Source of the DNA: Campylobacterota bacterium
Lineage (GTDB): Bacteria > Campylobacterota > Campylobacteria > Campylobacterales > Sulfurovaceae
Direction of reading: 5' to 3'
Length of the DNA: 41,617 nucleotides
NCBI GenBank assembly: GCA_034658615.1
Contig: JAYEFI010000050.1
Coordinates: 5,377-46,993, forward strand
The notes under the pieces are model-generated. The model did no database searches. It saw only the letters and a program-made list of their open reading frames with translations, and was not told where the DNA came from. Shown piece by piece: positions 18,772 through 26,370 of this stretch (position 1 is its first letter; every line of letters begins with the position of its first letter). The position numbers and the translations under genes are program-made.

Positions 18772-18777
18772 GCGTTG

Positions 18778-18896
18778 TCTCGTCGAAAAAGGCAAAATTT
18801 TTACTCATTTTAGTATTGTTACTAGTTTGAGACGCTAAGGCTAAGATATTTTTTTCTACAACTCCTTTGAAAAATTAGCACTTAGCGTTTTTATTT
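18778..18896 (+). ncRNA. Candidate small regulatory RNA with anti-Shine-Dalgarno loop
   Basis: Boxed promoter upstream; terminal hairpin ACGCTAAG(18832)/CTTAGCGT(18881), GCTAA/TTAGC, TTTTTC/GAAAAA enclosing ACAACTCCTT, followed by a T tract; boundaries inferred. Confidence 0.5.
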
Positions 18897-18925
18897 ACTC
18901 TTAAATACACCCACTTTCAATAAAA

Positions 18926-18957
18926 TTAACACATAATTAACACTATAGTTTTAAACT
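18926..18957 (+). promoter_or_regulatory. TTAACAC-N4-TTAACAC box plus -10 (TAAACT) before TonB receptor
   Basis: TTAACAC at 18926 and 18937; TAAACT at 18952-18957. Confidence 0.68.
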
Positions 18958-19023
18958 ATTTAGATGAAAAATGGATTGCTATTAAATTTTTAATAGTGAA
19001 TACCACAAAATTAGGAGTGTAAT

Positions 19024-21060
19024 ATGGCAAAAACAATGTATCTTTCCATTGGAACAGCTTTGGCAACTACTTTATGTTTGCAAGCAGCAAGCATAGAGTT
19101 AGATACCATTCATGTTGAGGAAAAAGTAGGGGTAAAACTCATTAAAGATGTCTCTGGAGAAGAGATTAAATCTGCAGATTTAGGAGAGGCTCTTTTCAAG
19201 CAATCCCCTTCGGTATCACTTATTCGACGTTCTGGTATAGCAAATGACATCCGTGTTAGAGGACAGAAAAAAGACAATATTAATGTAACAATTGATGGTG
19301 CAAAGGTATGTGGTGCTTGTCCAAACCGTATGGATCCTCCTATCTCTCATGTACTTACAAATAATGTAGACTTTATAGAAATAAATGAAGGACCTTACAA
19401 TGTAGAAGACTTTGGTGTACTAAGTGCAGATGTTAAAGTACATACAATTAAGCCTAAAGAAGCATTTGAGGGTACTTTAAATCTTGGTGCAGGTAGTTTT
19501 GGTTACCAAAAAGGTGCACTGACATTGAGTGGTGGAACTGAAGATGTACGCTTTTTACTCTCTGCATCTACTGAAAAAGGTGAACAATATAAAGATGGTA
19601 ATGGAGATGACTTTGTAGGGCAAATTTCTCGTGAGATTGCAAATGGTTCAGTCCCTAAAGCAGTGCAGTATCAAGACAGATATAAAAATATGGATGCCTA
19701 TGCTAAACAAACACTTATGGCAAAAATGTTTTGGAATATCACAGATACACAAGAGTTAAAACTAAGTTACACTGCCAATAGAAGTGATGATATTTTATAT
19801 CCAAGTTCAAAGATGGATGCTATTTATGATGACTCGGACATCTATAACATAGAGTACATTAGTAAAGATTTGGGTGACTATTCAAAAGAGTTAAGCCTTC
19901 AGGTATATCAATCTGAAGTTGAGCATCCTATGTCTACGAAGTACAGACTCATGGGAGCTGAAAATTACATGACCCATGCTTTAACCACTAAAATGCAAGG
20001 GGCAAAAGTTAAAAATAGTTTTGATGCAGATAATCATACTATTACAATGGGTGTTGACTATAGTAAAAGAAATTGGGATGGTGGATACTATAAAAATGAT
20101 AAGCCTCTTCCCTCAGCAAAATTTCATAGTATATGGGATGTTGATACTGAAAACACAGCACTTTTCTTAAAAGATAAAATAGCATTAGGTAAATTGACTG
20201 TTGATCTTGGATTACGTTATGACATGACAGAAGTAACATCGGCAAACCCTTTACAACAAAGCAATGATTATGATGAATTGAACGGGTATGTGTTTGCAAC
20301 GTATCAAGCCAATGAAGATACAAAATACTTTGCAGGTTTAGGTAAATCTTCTCGTGTACCAGATGGCAAAGAGTTATACTGGGTAGGGAGTATGGGCAAT
20401 ACTATTGGTACACCTGAGCTGGATGCAACCATTAATTATGAGTTAGATATAGGTGTTGAACAACACTATAGTGATGCAAGCATAAAAGCAAAGGTTTTTT
20501 ACTCTCAAATGAAAGACTATATTGCATACAATGCAAACGCAGTCAATAAAATGGGTGCTACTTTTCATGCCTATGAGAATGTAGATGCAACACTTTATGG
20601 TGTAGAGTTATCTGGAACATATGTCGCGACAGATAGTATCTATTTTGACTATGGTGTCTCTTACCAAAGAGGTGAAAAAGACAATCCTCTTACAGGGCAA
20701 ACAGGGACGGAGATGCCAGATATAGCACCTTTAAAAGTAAACGCCGCTGTGAACTACGATTATGATGAGAGCTTAAATTTAAGAGCTGAAGTGATAGCGT
20801 CAGATAGTTGGAGCGATTTTGATGCTGAAAATGGTGAACAAGCACTTGATTCATACGCAGTACTTAACTTAAAAGGCTCTAAACAGTTTGGAGAAAATAT
20901 AGAACTTACAGTAGGTATAGATAATGTATTAGATGAAACCTATGCAGTATCGAACACTTATAAAGATTTAATTTTACTTCCAACTGTAGGTAACAATGAA
21001 GTGATGCTCATGAATGAGCCAGGACGTTACTTTTATACAAACGTAAAATATACATTCTAA
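19024..21060 (+). CDS. TonB-dependent receptor, OprC/NosA-like (putative copper)
   Basis: Signal peptide, TonB-box-like LDTIHV, plug IRVRG...IDG, GACPNRMDPP (CxxxM) and EHPM (HxM), C-terminal NEPGRYFYTNVKYTF. Confidence 0.88.
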   Translation: MAKTMYLSIGTALATTLCLQAASIELDTIHVEEKVGVKLIKDVSGEEIKSADLGEALFKQSPSVSLIRRSGIANDIRVRGQKKDNINVTIDGAKVCGACPNRMDPPISHVLTNNVDFIEINEGPYNVEDFGVLSADVKVHTIKPKEAFEGTLNLGAGSFGYQKGALTLSGGTEDVRFLLSASTEKGEQYKDGNGDDFVGQISREIANGSVPKAVQYQDRYKNMDAYAKQTLMAKMFWNITDTQELKLSYTANRSDDILYPSSKMDAIYDDSDIYNIEYISKDLGDYSKELSLQVYQSEVEHPMSTKYRLMGAENYMTHALTTKMQGAKVKNSFDADNHTITMGVDYSKRNWDGGYYKNDKPLPSAKFHSIWDVDTENTALFLKDKIALGKLTVDLGLRYDMTEVTSANPLQQSNDYDELNGYVFATYQANEDTKYFAGLGKSSRVPDGKELYWVGSMGNTIGTPELDATINYELDIGVEQHYSDASIKAKVFYSQMKDYIAYNANAVNKMGATFHAYENVDATLYGVELSGTYVATDSIYFDYGVSYQRGEKDNPLTGQTGTEMPDIAPLKVNAAVNYDYDESLNLRAEVIASDSWSDFDAENGEQALDSYAVLNLKGSKQFGENIELTVGIDNVLDETYAVSNTYKDLILLPTVGNNEVMLMNEPGRYFYTNVKYTF

Positions 21061-21075
21061 ACCCCCTAAAATGCA

Positions 21076-21104
21076 GTATCTATGGAGATAAACTCCATAG
21101 ATAC
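21076..21104 (+). terminator. Hairpin terminator after TonB receptor
   Basis: GTATCTATGGAG-ATAAA-CTCCATAGATAC, perfect 12-bp stem. Confidence 0.7.
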
Positions 21105-21213
21105 ATTTCTCCTATATATGCTTGCATCTTTCACTATTTCTACACTAAAAGATGCTTTATTGAACCACAAACAGGCATTTCATAAAATATTATGAACTTT
21201 ATTATCATTTTTT

Positions 21214-21222
21214 TGTTATACT
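21214..21222 (+). promoter_or_regulatory. Extended -10 promoter of acpP
   Basis: TGTTATACT (TGn-TATACT) ~34 bp before the ATG; AAGGAG RBS follows. Confidence 0.55.
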
Positions 21223-21255
21223 TGTGCGTATTTTAAAACAATTAAGGAGATTCAA

Positions 21256-21483
21256 ATGGCATTATTTGATGACGTAAAAGAAGTAGTAGTTGAGCAATTA
21301 AATGTGAGCCCAGATGAGGTTAAAGAAGAGTCTAAATTCGTAGAAGATCTTGGAGCTGACAGTCTTGATGTTGTTGAGTTAGTTATGGCACTTGAAGAAA
21401 AGTTCGATATCGAAATCCCTGATGATCAAGCAGAAGCAATTGCTACTGTAAATGATGCAATCAAGTTTATCGAAAACGTATAA
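21256..21483 (+). CDS. acpP: Acyl carrier protein
   Basis: [20 protein letters not shown] phosphopantetheine motif. Confidence 0.98.
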   Translation: MALFDDVKEVVVEQLNVSPDEVKEESKFVEDLGADSLDVVELVMALEEKFDIEIPDDQAEAIATVNDAIKFIENV

Positions 21484-21490
21484 TCTTAAA

Positions 21491-21512
21491 TATGCACCCC
21501 TTGGGGTGCATA
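21491..21512 (+). terminator. Hairpin after acpP (terminator or mRNA stabiliser)
   Basis: TATGCACCCC-TT-GGGGTGCATA. Confidence 0.65.
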
Positions 21513-21590
21513 GAATTTTTACTAAGTCATATATGAGTACTTTATGAAGTATTTATATATATCTTAATAATATTTTTATAGGAGCCTTTT

Positions 21591-22808
21591 GTGAAAAGAG
21601 TAGTAGTTACAGGTTTAGGCATGATCAATGCTCTAGGACTAGATAAAGAGAGTGCATTTGCAGGAATTATAGAAGGTAAATGTGGTATTAAAACAATAGA
21701 AAGTTTTGATACAGAAGGTCAATCTGTAACTATCGCTGGAGAAATTACAGATTTTGATGTTTCTGAAGTACTTGATGGCAAGGAAGCAAAAAAAGCAGAT
21801 AGATTTATTCAGCTTGGGCTTAAAGCAGCCAAAGAAGCTATGGCAGATGCAAAACTCCCTGATGATGTAGACATGGAAACATTCGGTGTTGCTTCTGCTT
21901 CTGGTATTGGGGGTCTTCCAAATATTGAAAAAAACGCTGTAGTATGTGCAAATAGGGGTCCAAGAAGAATCTCTCCATTCTTTATTCCCTCTTCTCTTGT
22001 CAATATGTTGGGCGGATTTATCTCTATTTATGAGGGTATGAAAGGACCAAACCTCTCTTCTGTAACAGCATGTGCTGCGGGTACACATGCCATAGGTGAG
22101 GCTGCAAAGTCCATCATGGTGGGAACAGCAGAAAAAATGCTAGTCATCGGTGCAGAATCTGCAATATGTCCAGTAGGCATAGGAGGATTTGCAGCAATGA
22201 AAGCACTTTCAACACGCAATGATGACCCTCAAACGGCATCTAGACCTTTTGATGCAAACCGTGATGGGTTTGTTATGGGTGAAGGTGCAGCTGCATTAGT
22301 ACTTGAATCATATGATGACGCAGTAGCACGTGGTGCAACTATTTATGGTGAGCTTATTGGCTTTGGTGAGAGTGGCGATGCAAATCATATTACAACACCA
22401 ACAATGGATGGCCCACTACGTGCAATGAAAGGTGCTTACAAAATGGCAGGAGAGCCAAAAGTTGACTATGTCAATGCACATGGAACCTCTACGCCTGTAA
22501 ATGATAAAAATGAAACAGCAGCACTCAAAGAGTTATTTGGCGGGAAAGAAAATTGCCCTCCTGTCTCTTCTATAAAAGGGCAACTAGGTCACTGTTTAGG
22601 TGCAGCTGGTGCCATTGAAGCAGTGGTATGTCTTATGGCGATGAGAGATGGCGTACTCCCTCCTACTATAAACGCTGAATCTGCTGATGAAAATTGTGAT
22701 TTAGACTATGTGAACACAGGTGCAAGAAAAGCAGACATAAATGTAGCAATGTCCAATTCATTTGGATTTGGTGGCACAAATGGTGTTGTTATCTTTAAAA
22801 AAGTATAA
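21591..22808 (+). CDS. fabF: Beta-ketoacyl-ACP synthase II
   Basis: RVVVTGLG, TACAAG, NAHGTST, GHCLGAAG, SNSFGFGGTN. Confidence 0.97.
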   Translation: MKRVVVTGLGMINALGLDKESAFAGIIEGKCGIKTIESFDTEGQSVTIAGEITDFDVSEVLDGKEAKKADRFIQLGLKAAKEAMADAKLPDDVDMETFGVASASGIGGLPNIEKNAVVCANRGPRRISPFFIPSSLVNMLGGFISIYEGMKGPNLSSVTACAAGTHAIGEAAKSIMVGTAEKMLVIGAESAICPVGIGGFAAMKALSTRNDDPQTASRPFDANRDGFVMGEGAAALVLESYDDAVARGATIYGELIGFGESGDANHITTPTMDGPLRAMKGAYKMAGEPKVDYVNAHGTSTPVNDKNETAALKELFGGKENCPPVSSIKGQLGHCLGAAGAIEAVVCLMAMRDGVLPPTINAESADENCDLDYVNTGARKADINVAMSNSFGFGGTNGVVIFKKV

Positions 22809-22818
22809 GGACTAGACT

Positions 22819-23754
22819 ATGGCAACTTATTTAGATTTTGAAAATAAAATTGAAAAGATACAAGAAGAGATAGTCTCTTCACATGCCATTGCAAATATGG
22901 ATGCAGTTGAAAAACTTCAAAAAGATTTAGAAAAAGAGGTCAATAAAACATTTTTTTCTTTAAGTGATTTTCAGAAACTTCAATTGGCACGTCACCCCGA
23001 TCGTCCTTATGCTTTAGATTACATAAAAATGTTGATGACAGATGCTTATGAAATACATGGAGATAGAGCATTCCGTGATGATCCTGCTGTTTTATGTTAT
23101 ATTGGTTGGATAGATGGTCAAAAAACTATGCTTATTGGTGAACAAAAAGGGCGTGGACAGAAAAATAAAATCAAAAGAAACTTTGGTATGCCTAACCCTG
23201 AGGGGTATAGAAAAGCTTTACGTGCAGTAAAAATGGCAGAAAAATTCAATATTCCAGTATTGATGCTCATAGACACTCCAGGTGCGTATCCAGGTCTTGG
23301 TGCAGAAGAGCGTGGTCAGTCTGAGGCCATTGCAAGAAATCTTTTTGAGTTTGCAGCCACTAAAGTACCTATGGTTTCTGTGGTCATTGGTGAAGGTGGT
23401 TCTGGTGGAGCATTGGCGATTGGTGTAGGTGATAAACTTGCTATGATGCGTTACTCTGTATTTGCAGTTATCTCTCCAGAAGGGTGTTCGGCTATTTTAT
23501 GGAACGACCCAACTAAGGTAGAAGCTGCGACTAAAGCATTGAAAATTACGCCAAGTGACTTGCTAGAACATAAACTCATAGACGATGTTTTAGATGAACC
23601 ACTTATAGGTGCACATAGAGACAAGCAGACTACAGCAGATGTACTCAAAAAATACTTTCTTGATAACGTAAAAGCATTACGTGAATTGAGTGTAGATGCT
23701 ATGTTAGACCAGCGTTATCAAAGACTTACAGCAGTTGGAGCATATACTGAATAG
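22819..23754 (+). CDS. accA: Acetyl-CoA carboxylase carboxyltransferase alpha subunit
   Basis: [40 protein letters not shown]. Confidence 0.97.
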   Translation: MATYLDFENKIEKIQEEIVSSHAIANMDAVEKLQKDLEKEVNKTFFSLSDFQKLQLARHPDRPYALDYIKMLMTDAYEIHGDRAFRDDPAVLCYIGWIDGQKTMLIGEQKGRGQKNKIKRNFGMPNPEGYRKALRAVKMAEKFNIPVLMLIDTPGAYPGLGAEERGQSEAIARNLFEFAATKVPMVSVVIGEGGSGGALAIGVGDKLAMMRYSVFAVISPEGCSAILWNDPTKVEAATKALKITPSDLLEHKLIDDVLDEPLIGAHRDKQTTADVLKKYFLDNVKALRELSVDAMLDQRYQRLTAVGAYTE

Positions 23755-23766
23755 AACGTAAAATAG

Positions 23767-23838
23767 GCAAATCCCATATTTGCTACGCTAACGCTGAGTT
23801 TTCCTCAGCGAAAATCTCACGCGACTAGTCGCTTTTTT
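23767..23838 (+). terminator. Three tandem hairpins after accA, the last followed by a T tract
   Basis: GCAAAT/ATTTGC (23767-83), CGCTGAG/CTCAGCG (23792-810), GCGACTAGTCGC (23821-32) then TTTTTT. Confidence 0.55.
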
Positions 23839-23857
23839 AATTTTTGGATATATTTAT

Positions 23858-24472
23858 ATGATACACGATATAGCAAATACTATTGTCTCTTACGTAGGAG
23901 ACATGGGGTACTGGGGCATTTTTCTTCTTATGTTTCTTGAGAGTACCTTTTTCCCTTTCCCTAGCGAAATTATTATGATACCTGCGGGTTACTTAGCTTT
24001 TAAAGGTGAGATGAACCTCTACATGGTGATACTCATGGGTATCTTAGGTTCTGTGGGCGGTGCATTACTTAATTACTATTTAGCCAAGTCATTTGGTCGT
24101 GCTTTTATTTTACGTTATGGAAAGTACTTTTTCATTAAAGAAGAGACTTTAGATAAATTGGAGTCTTTCTTTGGTAAGCATGGTGATATATCGACCTTTA
24201 CGGGTAGACTCATCCCTGGTATACGACAACTTATTTCACTACCAGCAGGGCTGGCACGTATGAACATCGCTAAATTTTCTGCCTATACGGCATTGGGTGC
24301 AGGTATATGGGTCATAGTATTGGTGCTATTGGGTTATGTTGTAGGCTCAAACGAAGAACTCATATCTGAGTACCTTAAATCAGCAACACTGATAGCCTTA
24401 GTCTCCGTTGTCTTTATCGCTGTTTTTTATGTAGTAAGATACAAAAGACGTAAAGAGATATTGGAAGATTAG
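23858..24472 (+). CDS. dedA: DedA family membrane protein
   Basis: [29 protein letters not shown] motifs. Confidence 0.9.
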   Translation: MIHDIANTIVSYVGDMGYWGIFLLMFLESTFFPFPSEIIMIPAGYLAFKGEMNLYMVILMGILGSVGGALLNYYLAKSFGRAFILRYGKYFFIKEETLDKLESFFGKHGDISTFTGRLIPGIRQLISLPAGLARMNIAKFSAYTALGAGIWVIVLVLLGYVVGSNEELISEYLKSATLIALVSVVFIAVFYVVRYKRRKEILED

Positions 24473-24512
24473 CTAGTATCTTAAAGTGTATTTTAAGAAA
24501 TAACATAAATAG

Positions 24513-24571
24513 TCTAAAGTCCATTTAAAGAAAATAAAGTTTAATCTATAAAACTTAAATTGGACTTTAGA
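24513..24571. repeat. Inverted repeat with long AT-rich spacer
   Basis: TCTAAAGTCCA(TTTAA) ... (TTAAAT)TGGACTTTAGA. Confidence 0.6.
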
Positions 24572-24687
24572 TGCACTAAATCTCGCCCTAACTTACAATT
24601 TTTACATTTAATAAACTAATTTAATGTAAGTTAAATATAAATAAATATACACTAAATATTCAAATTTAAACACATATAAGGAAAAAA

Positions 24688-25146
24688 ATGAAATTAATAA
24701 CAATGGGACTTCTTTCTGCAGCATTACTGACATCAACTCTATCAGCAAAAGAAGGTGATAAATACTTAGGATTACAGTGGTATGGATTGAGTGGTAAATA
24801 TGATATTACCAATAAAATAACCGGACAAGCAATTGTTGGCTTATGGGGATATTCTGGATTGACAAGTATTACGGGTAGAGTTAACTATAAATTTAAACAA
24901 ACTAAATATTATAATATGTATGGATACGGTAGTATCTCTTCTTGGTCATGGAGTAATTCTTTCTATGATGAAACAGTATTTGGATTTGGTGCTGGTGCAG
25001 GGTTTGAATATGATATTAGAGGACTTGATAAAAACTTTATACCTTTATTTATAAGTGGGGATCTTGGCTTACAGGTAGCTAGCTTTGATCATTATGGTTC
25101 ATTTGGAGGATTAGGAATTGGTCTAGGTGTTCACTACAAATTTTAA
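24688..25146 (+). CDS. Small outer-membrane beta-barrel protein (probably 8-stranded)
   Basis: Signal peptide, Gly/aromatic alternating strands, C-terminal GLGVHYKF; AAGGA RBS. Confidence 0.75.
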   Translation: MKLITMGLLSAALLTSTLSAKEGDKYLGLQWYGLSGKYDITNKITGQAIVGLWGYSGLTSITGRVNYKFKQTKYYNMYGYGSISSWSWSNSFYDETVFGFGAGAGFEYDIRGLDKNFIPLFISGDLGLQVASFDHYGSFGGLGIGLGVHYKF

Positions 25147-25163
25147 ATCATTGTCTTTGGGTA

Positions 25164-25463
25164 TTATATAGCTATAAATACCCAAGACATATACTTCCTC
25201 TGCTGAATCTTCACACTTTTTAACGCTTTCAAAATTTTATCTGTCACGCTGTGGTGTAAAGCTACATATGATTTTGTATCGGTAATGTTTATTTTGCCTA
25301 TGAGTTTTCCATCTATGCCTATTTCTTTACATAAAGTACCAAAAATATCTCCTGCACGAAGTTTTGTTTTTTGCCACCATGTAAGCATAAGGTATCGTAG
25401 TCAGATTTCATTTTGAACTTTGCATCTATGCGTAACGATTTCATCTCTTTTTTTCTTTGCTTT
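25164..25463 (-). pseudogene. dbpA: Frameshifted 3' fragment of dbpA (RNA-binding domain)
   Basis: 25270..25463 matches 29484..29677 with three substitutions and two 1-bp indels; the final ~30 codons are homologous but diverged. Confidence 0.9.
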
Positions 25464-25479
25464 TGATTTCATAGAGCCT

Positions 25480-25774
25480 TTTTTACAAAGTTGTGGATAT
25501 ATGGATAGGTTTGAACTAGCCAAAAATTGGTTTGAATCATAGGTTTCTCACCTATACCTTATAAAGTATTTACTATAGTATCAGATGCAGTAGGCATGGC
25601 TTTTTTACATTTGTACTTGCTTCACTATTAGGGTGTGGCTTACGCTTTTTTATGCTCGCAGGACTGTTGGCTTGGAGTGGTGAACCTATGGAGAAAAAGC
25701 TTCATAAATATACAGATATCTTAGGTTGGATATTTGTAGCTCTCTTTGTAGTGACTTGGTTAGTATTTAGATAG
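25480..25774 (+). pseudogene. Degraded YqaA-like (DedA superfamily) gene fragment
   Basis: Manual translation across a stop and frameshifts: GYMDRFELAKNWFES* / GFSPIPYKVFTIVSDAVGMAF / FVLASLLGCGLRFFMLAGLLAWSGEPMEKKLHKYTDILGW...FR*; no start. Confidence 0.75.
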
Positions 25775-25833
25775 TTATAAGAATAATTTGTTTATACTAT
25801 AAGTGTTTAATAAAAAATTTAAAAGGTAGAGAT

Positions 25834-26277
25834 ATGAAAAAAATCTTATTAAGTGCTATAGCAATAGCAACAATTGGATCAATGAATTTAGTAGCAGCAA
25901 ACATGCAAACAGGTTGTGGATTAGGTGGACAAGTTATTAAAAAGCCTAATACAGCTGTATTATTTGCAATTCAAGCAACAACTAATGGTACATCTGGGAA
26001 TCAAACATTTGGTATAACATTTGGCACAGTAGGATGTAAAAAGTATAAATTTGTAATGAATGAAAGAGCAGAGGAATTTGTTGCATCAAATATGGATGGA
26101 TTGGCAAAAGATATTTCTAAAGGACAAGGAGAATCTCTTTCAACTCTTGCAGAGTTATTAGAAATCCAAGATAAAACAGCATTTTATGCTGCATTACAAT
26201 CAAATTATAATAGCATTTATACGAATGCTCAAGTTCAAATGTCAGATGTTATTGGTGGAGTATCTTCATCAATCTAA
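25834..26277 (+). CDS. DUF3015 family exported protein
   Basis: Signal peptide, TGCGLG, TTNGTSGNQTFGITFGTVGC, DISKGQGESL motifs. Confidence 0.85.
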   Translation: MKKILLSAIAIATIGSMNLVAANMQTGCGLGGQVIKKPNTAVLFAIQATTNGTSGNQTFGITFGTVGCKKYKFVMNERAEEFVASNMDGLAKDISKGQGESLSTLAELLEIQDKTAFYAALQSNYNSIYTNAQVQMSDVIGGVSSSI

Positions 26278-26282
26278 GTTAG

Positions 26283-26317
26283 TGTATTTAAATAGGATAA
26301 TTTCCTATTTAAATACA
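26283..26317 (+). terminator. 15-bp AT-rich hairpin between DUF3015 and DUF4105 genes
   Basis: TGTATTTAAATAGGA-TAATT-TCCTATTTAAATACA. Confidence 0.6.
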
Positions 26318-26370
26318 TATTTTCTCATACTAAGGTCACTCCTATTCAAAAAATTCTATTAATATTCTTT

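Noticed and set aside
18770-18838. 22-codon ORF MRCLVEKGKIFTHFSIVTSLRR
   Set aside because: ATG overlaps the predicted -10 element and lacks a good RBS; kept only as an alternative to the sRNA model
13494-18943. Recurring GTAACA/TTAACA repeats as CRISPR-like repeats
   Set aside because: Only 6-7 bp pairs at promoters; no repeat-spacer periodicity and no cas genes
8590-21255. TCS/DUF2202 block as a prophage, ICE or transposon
   Set aside because: No integrase, transposase, phage or conjugation genes and no flanking repeats found; reported as an accessory cluster instead
25164-25388. 74-aa ORF as an independent gene
   Set aside because: It is the frameshifted dbpA duplicate; its first residues derive from an out-of-frame stretch
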